From NCBI GenBank assembly GCA_018062965.1, contig JAGORG010000002.1, positions 1,860-65,859 on the forward strand: a stretch of DNA of 64,000 nucleotides, in the 5' to 3' direction. The DNA comes from Minisyncoccota bacterium. GTDB lineage: Bacteria > Patescibacteriota > Minisyncoccia > Phycocordibacterales > UBA5272. Position numbers and translations under genes: made by a program. Below, in pieces: positions 28,458 through 39,112 of this stretch. The notes under the pieces are model-generated. The model saw only the letters and a list, made by a program, of their open reading frames with translations. It searched no databases and was not told where the DNA came from. How positions within the stretch are numbered: the first letter of the stretch is position 1; the number at the start of each line of letters is the position of its first letter.

Positions 28458-30455
28458 TTATACCATATGCAATAACTCTTCTTCGCTTACGATTTTTACC
28501 CCAAATTTTTCTGCATCTGTTCGCTTACCACCCCCACCTTCTCCTGCTAAAAGGTAACTTGTTGCCTTAGAAACACTGGCTGTTACTTTGCCACCATGTT
28601 CTTCGATGAGTGCTTTTGCATCATCACGTGAAAGTGTTGGAAGTGTTCCAGTGATAACAAATGACAGACCTGCGAGCTTGCCACCTTGTATTTTCTTTTC
28701 TTCACTCACGGTAATTTCTTTCAAAAGTTCACCGAGCACCTTTTGATTTGTTGTATCTTTAAAATACTCAACTACTGACTGTGCAACTTTTTCTCCAACA
28801 CCTTCTACCGCCAATAACTCTTCGTATGTTGCATGTCTAATAGCTTCAAATGTCCCCATATGCTTTGCAATGTCTTTTGCTGTTGTTTCTCCAACATGAC
28901 GAATACCAAGTGAATACAAAAATCTACCCAAGGGTACATTTCTTGCAGTTTCGATAGAAGCGATAATATTCTCTGCACTCTTTTCACCGAATCCTTCTAA
29001 TCCTTCAATATCTTCTTTACGAAGTTTAAAAATAGATGCTTGGTTTGTAATAAGTCCAAGCTCGCGAAACTCTTCAATAATCCTATCCCCCAACCCTTCT
29101 ATGTTCATGCCTTTTTTGGAAACAAAGTGAATGAGTCCTTCAAGGTGTTTTGCAGGGCATTCTCCATTCTTGCAGTACCATGCAGCAGATACCTCTTTGC
29201 CTACACTTTCTTTTACAAGTGTTGACCCGCACTCCGGACACTCTGTTGGCATGATAAATTTCTTCGCAGCTTTTGGACGAAGGTCTGTGAACACGTCAAA
29301 TATTTCTGGTATCACATCCCCTGCTTTTCGAAGTGCAACAGTGTCCCCAATACGCACATCCAATCGCTCTATTTCTTCTTCGTTATGAAGTGTTGCACGC
29401 GCAACCACAGAACCCGCAAGAAGTACCGGCTCAAGCTCAGCTACAGGAGTGATGGCTCCGGTACGTCCAACCTGACAAGTAACAGAAAGTAATTTGGTTG
29501 CAACCTCTGCTGCAGGAAACTTATACGCAATACCCCCTCGTGGAGACTTTGCTGTGTAGCCAAGCTTGTCCCATAGTTTTCTTTCATTTACTTTTACAAC
29601 GAGTCCATCAATACCATAGTCTTGATTATCTCGTTTTTCTTTCCAAGCATCATAAAAAGACTGAACCTCTTTCAAATTTCTACAAACTCTACGATCTTTA
29701 TTCACCAAAAAACCAAAAGCACTCAACGCTCGCAACTCTTCTTCTTGCGAAGCATACACACCACCTTCAATATCGTATGCAAATATCTGAATATTTCTCT
29801 GTACAACAATACGTGGATCAAGTTGACGAAGTGTTCCAGCTGCTAGGTTACGAGTGTTTGCATAAAGAGGCAAACCATCCCGTGTACGATCTTTGTTTAT
29901 CTTTTCGAGGTCTTTCTTTTTCATCCACGCTTCACCAATGATGGTTATAGAAACTGGCCGCGACAAAAGAAGTGGTATAGAACGCACTGTTTTTATATTT
30001 TCTGTTATATCTTCACCAACTTCTCCATCACCTCGAGTAGCAGCACAAATGAGGCGTCCTTCTTTGTACGTCAAAATAACTTTGAGTCCATCTATTTTCA
30101 TTTCAGCAACATAGGTTGGTGGCGTTGTTATCTTTGCTTTATGGAGAAGCGTCAGATTTCTTTCTTCCCAAGAAGTTAAATCTTCATATGAAAAAGCATT
30201 ATCAAAACTCCACTGCTTGATATCGTGACGCACTTTTACAAACTTTGAAAGTGGTGTACCACCAACACGATGAGTTGGCGACAAAGGAGAGTCAAACTCT
30301 GGAAACTCTTGTTCAAGAGCATGTAGCTGCAACATCAAAGAGTCGTACAGTTCGTCGCTTATTTCTGGTGTATCGTGCACATGATACAGTACGCGATGTT
30401 TCTCTAGAAGCTCGCGTAATTCATGTATTTTTTTCTGTGCCTGCACTTTACTCAT
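28458..30455 (-). CDS. ligA: NAD-dependent DNA ligase
   Basis: Adenylation motif KIDGL and the zinc-finger CPECGS...C. The size fits an OB, HhH and C-terminal BRCT arrangement. Start at MSKVQAQ. Confidence 0.9.
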   Translation of the reverse strand: MSKVQAQKKIHELRELLEKHRVLYHVHDTPEISDELYDSLMLQLHALEQEFPEFDSPLSPTHRVGGTPLSKFVKVRHDIKQWSFDNAFSYEDLTSWEERNLTLLHKAKITTPPTYVAEMKIDGLKVILTYKEGRLICAATRGDGEVGEDITENIKTVRSIPLLLSRPVSITIIGEAWMKKKDLEKINKDRTRDGLPLYANTRNLAAGTLRQLDPRIVVQRNIQIFAYDIEGGVYASQEEELRALSAFGFLVNKDRRVCRNLKEVQSFYDAWKEKRDNQDYGIDGLVVKVNERKLWDKLGYTAKSPRGGIAYKFPAAEVATKLLSVTCQVGRTGAITPVAELEPVLLAGSVVARATLHNEEEIERLDVRIGDTVALRKAGDVIPEIFDVFTDLRPKAAKKFIMPTECPECGSTLVKESVGKEVSAAWYCKNGECPAKHLEGLIHFVSKKGMNIEGLGDRIIEEFRELGLITNQASIFKLRKEDIEGLEGFGEKSAENIIASIETARNVPLGRFLYSLGIRHVGETTAKDIAKHMGTFEAIRHATYEELLAVEGVGEKVAQSVVEYFKDTTNQKVLGELLKEITVSEEKKIQGGKLAGLSFVITGTLPTLSRDDAKALIEEHGGKVTASVSKATSYLLAGEGGGGKRTDAEKFGVKIVSEEELLHMV

Positions 30456-30503
30456 ATATATCAAGTATAGCAAAAACAGGCCTATTTTTAAAGGGAAAAT
30501 CCG

Positions 30504-31118
30504 TTATTGAATTTCTGATGTACTGACAACTGCACGCTCTATGAGGGAGTTACTTGATAGGTTGCAGGTATTGAAACCTCGAGCGATAATCTGTCGCCAC
30601 GTGCCAGATTTGTTTACGGAAACACGAGCACATCGCTGCTTGCCATCCCCTGCATCAATCGTCATATAAAACGTAGAGAGTTTGGTATTTTCAGTTGTTC
30701 CAGATGAAGTAATACGAGTACTATCGGTAGTATTGAAGTCTGTAACAGATGTATCAAAGACAGGAGATGTCGCACATCGTATTTGATTAATATTTATTTG
30801 AGGCAACCCACGCTGTGTGCGCACATCGTTAACAGAAGCAAGGGTGGTGGTAGTACTCACTGTTGGTGTTGGGAAAATTCCCGTACCAGAAGCTTGGTCT
30901 ATGTAACCATCGTCTATAAATGATGCACACTCAAGTGCAGTATCTGCTGCATAATACGCAAGTTGACTTTCGCGACTTAGCTGTGAGAAAAATATTTCCT
31001 TTGCAAGGATAGTAGTAATACCAACAGACACTGTAAGGATAATAGCAGACAAAAGCATTGCCATTGGCAAAATAAATCCTTTACGCATACTATGTGTTGT
31101 GTACATGTTCTGTTTCAT
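30504..31118 (-). CDS. putative minor pilin or pseudopilin (hydrophobic N-terminal helix, no clear GFTLIE motif)
   Basis: N-terminus RKGFILPMAMLLSAIILTV. Sits in the pilin gene row. Confidence 0.45.
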   Translation of the reverse strand: MKQNMYTTHSMRKGFILPMAMLLSAIILTVSVGITTILAKEIFFSQLSRESQLAYYAADTALECASFIDDGYIDQASGTGIFPTPTVSTTTTLASVNDVRTQRGLPQININQIRCATSPVFDTSVTDFNTTDSTRITSSGTTENTKLSTFYMTIDAGDGKQRCARVSVNKSGTWRQIIARGFNTCNLSSNSLIERAVVSTSEIQ

Positions 31119-31121
31119 AGA

Positions 31122-31844
31122 TTATGGGCGAGAGTGTAGGTAGTCTACAACTTTCATCGTTCGTTTAATACCATTTGAACGTACATAGGTCACCGCAGAC
31201 TCAATACGAAGATCATCTTCATAGTTTTGATCATAGAATGGGTCGCCAATCTCAGACAACGAGTAGAGTTTTATTGTTCGACTAAATGTTGTATCAGCAA
31301 ATCCTGGACCGTTTGCCTTGCACAAATACATGTAGTCAGTTACCCCATTTTCACTTCCATCCCCTCTGTCTTTTGAATCGTCTCGAACAAGGTGATCACA
31401 GAGTGGGTCAGATGCAACATAACGCTCACCTGCATCGCTTCCTGTTTTAGTGAATCCATAAATGTCATACGAACAACCCTCTGGGGTATCAGCTGCAAAG
31501 CATGATGCGAGTGAGTTATAGGGACCCATTCGTTCTTTAAAAATACGCCATGCGGACTCTTTCACGTTTTCATATACACCTGCGGTTATCATTTCTGATT
31601 CACATGTTACGAGTCCGTTCAGACATTCCAAAAATATACTATCTCGCTTGAAACGCAAAAGCTCTAAACCTTCCTGAGCAAGATACACAGAGATAATAGT
31701 GTCTTTGGTATTTTTTGCATATGCAGATGAAGAAATAGCGACCGAAAGAGGCCCGAGAATAACAAGCATGATGATTGTTGTTGATATCAGTGTCTCGATA
31801 AGCGTGAATCCTTTTTGGTTGTGTTTACGGAATATGTTTTTCAT
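31122..31844 (-). CDS. type IV minor pilin (prepilin N-terminal methylation motif)
   Basis: N-terminus KGFTLIETLISTTIIMLV. Confidence 0.7.
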   Translation of the reverse strand: MKNIFRKHNQKGFTLIETLISTTIIMLVILGPLSVAISSSAYAKNTKDTIISVYLAQEGLELLRFKRDSIFLECLNGLVTCESEMITAGVYENVKESAWRIFKERMGPYNSLASCFAADTPEGCSYDIYGFTKTGSDAGERYVASDPLCDHLVRDDSKDRGDGSENGVTDYMYLCKANGPGFADTTFSRTIKLYSLSEIGDPFYDQNYEDDLRIESAVTYVRSNGIKRTMKVVDYLHSRP

Positions 31845-31850
31845 ACAATA

Positions 31851-32507
31851 CTAATTGTCGAGACTTCTCGTTGTTGCTGTTGATTGCACACGGAACTTCA
31901 CTTGTTGTGCTTTTCCTGTTGCTACCGTTGTCCCCCCAATCACAATAGTGATGATCGGTTGAGTTGAATCAGTGTCTCCACCAACATCATTTAATCCTCC
32001 GGTTGAGGTATGGGCACCACTCACAAAAAATGAAAGTGTGTCGACCACCACATCGCTTCCTGTTATCTGAAGCGGTGTTCCCCATGTACATGTCGAACCT
32101 GCTGCAACACAGACATTTTTATAAATAGACCCTTCTTCTATGTAGTACGCTTCACGGTCATACGGACTAACACTTCGTGCAGACCTAAAAACAAGTGCTT
32201 TTCCAGGAACACTAAGTGGTGCAAGGTTAAGCGGGCAACTTTTACGTTTCTCAAAATCTGTTTCGTTGTATGTTTGCCCGCAATGAAATACAGCACCATA
32301 ACGAATATCTCGAACTATAGATTCTAGACTTAAATTGATACCATCAAGAATAATATGAGTCTGTTGAAGTCTTGTGTTCACGTTTTGCGCAGAAAAAAGG
32401 GCCCCCGTTGCAATGATAACCACCACAGAAAAAATAGACGAAGCAACGAGTAACTCAACGAGAGTAAACCCGCGCATGCTTCGTTGTGAAAAGGTGGAAA
32501 ATATCAT
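31851..32507 (-). CDS. type IV minor pilin
   Basis: N-terminus RGFTLVELLVASSIF. Confidence 0.7.
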   Translation of the reverse strand: MIFSTFSQRSMRGFTLVELLVASSIFSVVVIIATGALFSAQNVNTRLQQTHIILDGINLSLESIVRDIRYGAVFHCGQTYNETDFEKRKSCPLNLAPLSVPGKALVFRSARSVSPYDREAYYIEEGSIYKNVCVAAGSTCTWGTPLQITGSDVVVDTLSFFVSGAHTSTGGLNDVGGDTDSTQPIITIVIGGTTVATGKAQQVKFRVQSTATTRSLDN

Positions 32508-32510
32508 ACG

Positions 32511-33167
32511 TTATTGGCAACCAAGCTGAGATGTTGTTATTCTGCCAGAAGCAAATACATGTACCGAGCGTACATGTCCTGACCCACCTCCACGCGGAGA
32601 CACTATTTCGATACATGCAGCACTGTACGTGGTTGAGGTTAGTCGATTAATATATATTTTTGGCTCTGGGTTAGGTCGAATAAAAGAAAGCGTTATGTTT
32701 TCGATTGCAGGCACAGCACCTTGTGTCACAGCATTACATGATGTAAACGGAAACCCTGTTCCTACACATAGTTTAGTAATTCTGAAATTCTTAAGAAGAT
32801 TTGTTATCGATTCTGTCTCGTCAAATGGAGTCACATCATAGAGGCCATTACCGAGCTGAATTCCATTGAGCACACTTCCATTTGCGAGATCTGCATACAG
32901 ATAAAAACGTGTAGGCTCAATCGTATCAAAATACATACCATACCCTCCAACGGTACTACTAGCAGAGTCTATAGCACTACCTCTAACTTGTGCTTCTCGC
33001 ACAGACAATGCTAACGAATGAGAAATATTTGCAAGGTTGATACGTGTAGCAGAGTCAGGATAATCAGCGAGCACAACAGACGTCAAAATACCCATAATAA
33101 GCATACTCATGAGAAGTTCTATCGTGGTAAAACCACGTCTAGAGGAAGTACGAGAAAGCTTATACAT
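32511..33167 (-). CDS. type IV minor pilin
   Basis: N-terminus RGFTTIELLMSMLIMGIL. Confidence 0.65.
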   Translation of the reverse strand: MYKLSRTSSRRGFTTIELLMSMLIMGILTSVVLADYPDSATRINLANISHSLALSVREAQVRGSAIDSASSTVGGYGMYFDTIEPTRFYLYADLANGSVLNGIQLGNGLYDVTPFDETESITNLLKNFRITKLCVGTGFPFTSCNAVTQGAVPAIENITLSFIRPNPEPKIYINRLTSTTYSAACIEIVSPRGGGSGHVRSVHVFASGRITTSQLGCQ

Positions 33168-33179
33168 ATCCTTATGGTA

Positions 33180-33959
33180 TCAGGAATGCAGCAAGCTTAC
33201 GATAGAGAAGATATCAATATCTGTGAATAGTACTATAACAAAGACACATGCAATAAAAGGAATAAATGGAATTCCAGATGTCAGTGAATACTTTTTACGT
33301 TGTGCGATGTGCAAAACTCCCCCAACAAGAGCACCCAACCAAACAGATAACAGTAACACTGCTAGACCTTGTGCTACCCCAAAAAACGCTCCGACTGCAA
33401 CATACATGAGCACGTCTCCAAACCCAAGAGCTTTACCGCGAGTTATCAGGTAGATCAAAAAAAATGGAAGGGCTGTGGCGACAGGTCCAAGGATTGTATC
33501 AGGAGATACATCGTGAAGTAACTTCATTCCCATCATGATGGAACATAGTGTAAGGAATACTCCAAAGAACGAGAGTGGAATATATGTATGCTTGAAATCA
33601 TACAGCGCCATCACACCAAGAGAAACAAACAAGAGCGAATAATACGCCAACCATCCGATAGACACAACCCCAATAGGCAATCCAGAAAGCACCATACTAT
33701 ACACAAGCACAAACACCGCTCCGTAGAGAATCTCTACAATGAGATTCTCTACGCCGAAGCGGTGTTTACATGATCTGCATCTCCCCCGAAGAACAAGATA
33801 GGAAACAACAGGGATGAGATCAAACCAGTTTATTTTTTCTCCACACGACAAGCATTTACTTCTTCCGTTTAGGATAGGTGCAATATGTAGTCTCTGTACA
33901 ATAACATTTACAAAGCTACCAAGCGCAGCACCATAGAAAAACGAAAGGAAGTAAACCAC
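33180..33959 (-). CDS. pilD: prepilin peptidase (A24 family)
   Basis: N-terminal tetracysteine C-X-X-C...C-X-X-C (CLSCGEKI...CRSC). Polytopic membrane domain. Confidence 0.8.
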   Translation of the reverse strand: MVYFLSFFYGAALGSFVNVIVQRLHIAPILNGRSKCLSCGEKINWFDLIPVVSYLVLRGRCRSCKHRFGVENLIVEILYGAVFVLVYSMVLSGLPIGVVSIGWLAYYSLLFVSLGVMALYDFKHTYIPLSFFGVFLTLCSIMMGMKLLHDVSPDTILGPVATALPFFLIYLITRGKALGFGDVLMYVAVGAFFGVAQGLAVLLLSVWLGALVGGVLHIAQRKKYSLTSGIPFIPFIACVFVIVLFTDIDIFSIVSLLHS

Positions 33960-33979
33960 AATAGAAACTAGTCAGGAGC

Positions 33980-34594
33980 TTATTGCTGCCCTGTTACGTC
34001 AAAGATACAATCAGTAACAGCAGTACATGTTGTTGTTCCAACGTCTGCTCCTGTAAAGTCAGCGTTAATTGCAGTACCAATCATCCCCGCTACCCATGTC
34101 GGATATGAAAACGTAGCAGCAACTGCTGTGTTAAACGATCCACATGCAGGAGGTGTAATAGATGTACCGAGAGTGATGCCTGTACAGTCCCGGTCTGTGT
34201 CGAGCGCTGGTCCGAACGTTTCAAGGTGAGCGCCAAGGTGGTACCCAAAACGTTGAGCAACACCACCCGTAGGAGTACCTGAATACACAACATACGCAAA
34301 ACGATCACGAAAAGGAACACCTGTACCAGCATATGTTGGAAGAACGGGCATATATCCACCTGTGGTAAGTGTTGCAAGGTCTACAGGATATTCACCGTTT
34401 GCTTCAGCGTACTGCTCAAGACCAAGTTGTACGGCTTTCATTTCAGCAACCTTCTTAGCATCACGAGCTTTCTTACGAGCGTTCTGAATAGGTGCGGCGA
34501 TAACCGTTGAAAGAAGTCCAATAATAGCGATAACCACAAGAAGTTCGATGAGTGTAAACCCTCGAACTTTTGATGAGAAAAATGTGTGTGACAT
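33980..34594 (-). CDS. pilA: type IV major pilin
   Basis: N-terminus RGFTLIELLVVIAIIGLL followed by a globular domain. Confidence 0.75.
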   Translation of the reverse strand: MSHTFFSSKVRGFTLIELLVVIAIIGLLSTVIAAPIQNARKKARDAKKVAEMKAVQLGLEQYAEANGEYPVDLATLTTGGYMPVLPTYAGTGVPFRDRFAYVVYSGTPTGGVAQRFGYHLGAHLETFGPALDTDRDCTGITLGTSITPPACGSFNTAVAATFSYPTWVAGMIGTAINADFTGADVGTTTCTAVTDCIFDVTGQQ

Positions 34595-34717
34595 GAAAAA
34601 AAACTAATTTGTAATTCTATCTTGTTAATAGATGTATCAAGTATACGTCTAAATACAACTAAGGTGCAAGACATTTACCTTGTATATGTGGATAGAACCT
34701 TATACTTTTCTGTATTT

Positions 34718-35929
34718 TTAAGCAATAGAAGAAGAAAGTGAGTACATCGGGAGAAGTACTGACGCAACCAATACACCCACCCCTAGACCCAATCCAACGA
34801 TCATGGCTGGCTCAATGAGACCTATCACGTTGTCGATTGCAGTATCTACTTCACGTTTGTAGAACGTCGCGAGGTTTTTCAAAATATATCCAAGCTCACC
34901 TGTTTCTTCACCAATACGCACCATTTGAATAAGAATATTTGGGATGGATTCTTCTTCATACAAAGCTTTTGAAAAAGCTGTACCATTTTGAACTTTGTTA
35001 GAAACACGGAGCAGCAGTTCACGATAATAGAGGTTATCTACGACTTCTGCTGTGATTTCAATTGAACGCACAATAGGCACACCGGAGGTGAGCATCGTGT
35101 TCATATTATCTGCAAGACGTGCCAAGAAAATCTTTTGATACAGGTTTTTAATAACAGGGATTTTGAGTTTCCACGCATCGATTTTGTAGCCACCTTCTGG
35201 AGTTTTTGAGTATCGGTATAAGAACCACCCACCCGCAACAATAAGCGGTAGCAAATAAAGTCCGTAGTTAAGAAAGAAATCAGAAATGCCGAGAACTATA
35301 CGAGTAACAAGCGGTAGCTCTGCACCCTGTTCTGCAAACATCGCCGACATTTTAGGAATAATAAACACGAACATCACAATCATGATGATGATAAACGTCG
35401 CAATAACGAAGATTGGATATGTGAGCGCCTTTTTTGTTTTTTGACGGAGCTCGTACTCTCGGTCAAGATAATCTGCTAGATATAGAAACGTTTGGTTGAG
35501 CTTTCCACTTTCCTCTCCAGATCTAACCATGTTTACATAAAATGATGTAAAGAGGTTTGGTTGTTTCTCAAGAGCATTCGATAGCGATGTTCCTCGTTCT
35601 ATGTCGTCAGATACAATGGTGAGCTGTTCTTTAAGTGTTGGGTTGTCATTTTCAACAGCAAGCAATCGAAATGCTTTAAGCGCAGACACTCCAGCCTCAA
35701 AAAGCGTTGCAATCTGGCGTGAAAAAATAACAATATCTTTTTGTTCTACTTTTTTCTTGAACGCAAAGTGAAGCGACCCAACTTCAATGTCACCTTTCTT
35801 TTCATCTAGACGCACAACAGTAAGCCCACGTTTTTGAAGATCGGCTACCGCAGTGTCAAAATTCAGGCTATCAATGTTGCCTTCTAGCTTTGTTCCGTCT
35901 TGAGATACGCAAATGTAGTGGAAAATCAT
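34718..35929 (-). CDS. pilC: type IV pilus assembly platform protein (GspF/PilC family)
   Basis: Duplicated GspF-type domain pattern with three transmembrane segments. Confidence 0.8.
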   Translation of the reverse strand: MIFHYICVSQDGTKLEGNIDSLNFDTAVADLQKRGLTVVRLDEKKGDIEVGSLHFAFKKKVEQKDIVIFSRQIATLFEAGVSALKAFRLLAVENDNPTLKEQLTIVSDDIERGTSLSNALEKQPNLFTSFYVNMVRSGEESGKLNQTFLYLADYLDREYELRQKTKKALTYPIFVIATFIIIMIVMFVFIIPKMSAMFAEQGAELPLVTRIVLGISDFFLNYGLYLLPLIVAGGWFLYRYSKTPEGGYKIDAWKLKIPVIKNLYQKIFLARLADNMNTMLTSGVPIVRSIEITAEVVDNLYYRELLLRVSNKVQNGTAFSKALYEEESIPNILIQMVRIGEETGELGYILKNLATFYKREVDTAIDNVIGLIEPAMIVGLGLGVGVLVASVLLPMYSLSSSIA

Positions 35930-35932
35930 AGA

Positions 35933-36991
35933 TTAGATAAGACGCTCAAATATTGTTTGCTTGTGGGCGTACTGATGGGCAACGTCCTTCAGTACATCAC
36001 CTCGACGTACAAGTTCTGCTAGATATCTATCCAAGTCAATCATTCCTTCGTTTGTTCCAGTTTCGATAAGAACGTCAATTTCTTGTGTGCGACCTTCGCG
36101 AATCAAGTTTGAAACAGCAGGAGTATTGATAAGAAGTTCGTATGCCGGAATCATCCCACCAGAAACTCGAGGAATAAGTCGCTGTGAAAAAATACCAATG
36201 AGCGATGATGCGAGCTGTGTACGAATTTGTCCCTGCTGATCTCCTGGGAAAGAATCGATGATGCGATCAACTGTTTGCGCAGCACTATTTGTATGAAGCG
36301 TAGAGAGCACAAGGTGCCCTGTTTCGGCTGCTGTTACGGCTGCAGAAATAGTTTCTTTGTCACGCATCTCTCCAATCATGATCACGTCCATATCTTGACG
36401 AAAGGCATGACGTAGCGCTGTAGCAAAGTCTTTTGTGTCGATACCCACCTCACGCTGCTCGATGAGCGATTTGTCTTGTTCAAAGCGAAATTCAATTGGA
36501 TCTTCGATGGTTACAATGTGACGCTTTGATTCTTGATTAATCAAAGATATCATTGCGGCAATCGTGGTAGATTTTCCTTGTCCAACAGGACCAACAACCA
36601 AAAAGAAACCTTGTTTTCTTCGTGAAAACTCTACAAGCTGTTCAGGTAAATTGAGTTCTTGTATTGAGCGAGCTTTTGGAACAAGACGAAGCGCAATAGA
36701 AACAACCCCTCGCTGAAATGACGCATTTCCACGTAGACGATATTCTTTGCCATGCTCATATGAAAAATCGAGTTCTTGCTTTACAACAAAATCAGTAAAC
36801 AGTTTTTCACCTACCATTGCACGCAAAAACCCAACAGTATCTTGTGCAGTTAATTCTTGTTTTCGAGTAAGCGGAATCAACTCACCGTTGATACGCAATG
36901 TCGGGAATGTCCCTACCGTAAAGTGAATATCTGAACCGCCTTCTTTTACGAGAGTAAGTATCAAATCGTTAAGCTCAGAGTCATAGTTCAT
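35933..36991 (-). CDS. pilT: twitching motility / pilus retraction ATPase
   Basis: Walker A motif GPVGQGKST, Asp box, His box. About 350 aa, the PilT size. Confidence 0.8.
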   Translation of the reverse strand: MNYDSELNDLILTLVKEGGSDIHFTVGTFPTLRINGELIPLTRKQELTAQDTVGFLRAMVGEKLFTDFVVKQELDFSYEHGKEYRLRGNASFQRGVVSIALRLVPKARSIQELNLPEQLVEFSRRKQGFFLVVGPVGQGKSTTIAAMISLINQESKRHIVTIEDPIEFRFEQDKSLIEQREVGIDTKDFATALRHAFRQDMDVIMIGEMRDKETISAAVTAAETGHLVLSTLHTNSAAQTVDRIIDSFPGDQQGQIRTQLASSLIGIFSQRLIPRVSGGMIPAYELLINTPAVSNLIREGRTQEIDVLIETGTNEGMIDLDRYLAELVRRGDVLKDVAHQYAHKQTIFERLI

Positions 36992-37018
36992 AGTTTCAGT
37001 ATATAGTAGTTTTTGGTA

Positions 37019-38791
37019 TTACAACTCATTTATTTCCACAAATGGAATTTTTCCATTGATTGACTTGATTATCGCATCTTCTTTCATCGTCATATAACCC
37101 TTTGCTCGTGCAAGTTTCCACATTTCTTCTTCACCCTTACTGTGCAAAACTGCTTCTTGGATTTCATCATCAAACGTGAGCACTTCAAAAACTGGAATAC
37201 GCCCCTTGAGTCCCGTAGCGCTGTCTGCGCTTGCTTTTGCTTCTGAAAGAGGTTTATCAAGTGGTAGTTCTTTTCTGAACTCTTCAGGTAAATCTGCGAA
37301 CTGCCCTTCTATCATCGCTGTTAATCCTGGTGTCATTTCAAGAGGAGACGCACACCCTTCGGCTATTGAGCGAGATAGACGTTGTCCGATTGCCATGTTG
37401 AGTGTCGGAGCAATCAAATATGGTTCGATTCCCATGTCCAATAGTCGAGTAACCACTCCGATAGCAGTGTTGGTGTGAATCGTAGAAAACACCAAGTGCC
37501 CTGTGAGCGCTGCTTGAATAGCAAGGCCTGCGGTTTCAGCGTCTCGTATTTCTCCCACCATGATTACATCCGGGTCCTGACGGAGAATGGAACGAAGTCC
37601 GGAAGCAAACGTATAGCCGATTTCTGGAAACACTTGAGACTGGTTCATACTTGGTACGTTGTATTCGATAGGATCTTCGAGAGATACTACATTTCTGTGT
37701 TCACGGTCGATTTCGTTTAGCATCGCATAGAGTGTCGTTGTTTTACCAGAACCTGTAGGACCTGAGATGAGAATAATTCCGTACGGCTCAGCAAGCGCTT
37801 CACGAACAGCAGCCATTTGTCTCTCAGAAAAACCAAGTGTATCGACTGGACGCACACCTTTGTAACTATCAAGAATACGGATTACCACTTTTTCTCCGTA
37901 ATATCCTGGGAACGTCGAAACACGGTAGTCAACACTGTGATCACCAACTCGAGTACTAAAACGTCCGTCTTGTGGTTTTCTTTTTTCATCAAGCTTCATA
38001 CTACAAAGAATTTTTACACGAGCAATGAGCATTGGATGTAGGTTTGGCGGAAGCGACGTCACTGTGTTGAGGATGCCGTCCACACGACAACGTGCACGAA
38101 CTGATGTTCCTATGTGTTCTATATGAATATCTGATGCTTCATGGTCAATCGCATATCGCAAAATAGTACTAAAGATTTGAGGAATGGTTAGTTTTGTGAG
38201 CTCTTGATCAAGATTAGAGTCGATGTCAGTCAAATCAACCAGCTCATCTTCACCTTCTTCTTTGTCTGCGTCTCCTTCTTGTTTCTTTTTCTTTGGAGCG
38301 TTCACTGCATCTTCTTTAGAGACGTATTTCAAATCACTTGTATCTGTCTGATACACCAAGCTAGTCTGAGTTTCGGAAGTGATACCAAAATACTTTTTAA
38401 ATGCATCATAACTAATGAGATAAATTTTGTATGCCTGATGATCTGGACCAAATAAAAACTGAAGGCTATCGAGCACTTGCGCATGGTCAGGGTCAACAAC
38501 CCCCACAGAAAGAACTCCTTCTTTCAAAGCTAGAGGAACTGAAAGTAGCTGTCGTGACTGAACTTTTGAAATGTATTTTGAAAGCGTAGGATCTACGACG
38601 ACAGGATCTTTGTATACCGGCAAACCATACAAAACAGAGCGAACCTGAAGAATATCTTCGCTTGTAATTTTTTTCCCCGCGAGAAGATCATCCACGATTA
38701 CTCCTTCGTGGTCTTGTACATCCTGCTCGATTTCTTTTGCTTCGAGCTCAGTTATTTTGTTTTGGCTAACGAATAGGTCGAGAAGAAGCAT
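37019..38791 (-). CDS. pilB: type IV pilus assembly ATPase (GspE/PilB family)
   Basis: Walker A motif GPTGSGKTTT, tetracysteine-less GspE core, N-terminal GSPII-like domain. Start uncertain. Confidence 0.8.
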   Translation of the reverse strand: MLLLDLFVSQNKITELEAKEIEQDVQDHEGVIVDDLLAGKKITSEDILQVRSVLYGLPVYKDPVVVDPTLSKYISKVQSRQLLSVPLALKEGVLSVGVVDPDHAQVLDSLQFLFGPDHQAYKIYLISYDAFKKYFGITSETQTSLVYQTDTSDLKYVSKEDAVNAPKKKKQEGDADKEEGEDELVDLTDIDSNLDQELTKLTIPQIFSTILRYAIDHEASDIHIEHIGTSVRARCRVDGILNTVTSLPPNLHPMLIARVKILCSMKLDEKRKPQDGRFSTRVGDHSVDYRVSTFPGYYGEKVVIRILDSYKGVRPVDTLGFSERQMAAVREALAEPYGIILISGPTGSGKTTTLYAMLNEIDREHRNVVSLEDPIEYNVPSMNQSQVFPEIGYTFASGLRSILRQDPDVIMVGEIRDAETAGLAIQAALTGHLVFSTIHTNTAIGVVTRLLDMGIEPYLIAPTLNMAIGQRLSRSIAEGCASPLEMTPGLTAMIEGQFADLPEEFRKELPLDKPLSEAKASADSATGLKGRIPVFEVLTFDDEIQEAVLHSKGEEEMWKLARAKGYMTMKEDAIIKSINGKIPFVEINEL

Positions 38792-39107
38792 ATGGCAAGA
38801 ATGGGTCAGCACGTCCGCGAGCAGACGTTTCTCCGATTACTTCACTAAAATCTTGCATATTCCTTACAAGTTGACTGTCCAAAAATGTAGTGTTACTAAT
38901 ATTTACTTTGTCCTGATTAACCGCTTGCAAGAAGATAACAAAGTTTTGCCCGAGGAGCTGTTGATTGATAGCACCTTCTGTTGTAGATGTTGTTTCTGTA
39001 TTTGTAAGCAACGATACCCCATAATACCCAATAACAAGTAGCGCTACCGCAACAGCAATTTCAGTTATCAGCATCTTATGTTGTGTGAAAAATGATGGAG
39101 CTTGCAT
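38766..39107 (-). CDS. small hypothetical protein in the pilus operon (113 aa, N-terminal TM)
   Basis: Operon context only. Confidence 0.4.
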   Translation of the reverse strand: MQAPSFFTQHKMLITEIAVAVALLVIGYYGVSLLTNTETTSTTEGAINQQLLGQNFVIFLQAVNQDKVNISNTTFLDSQLVRNMQDFSEVIGETSARGRADPFLPYASSRPIR

Positions 39108-39112
39108 AGATG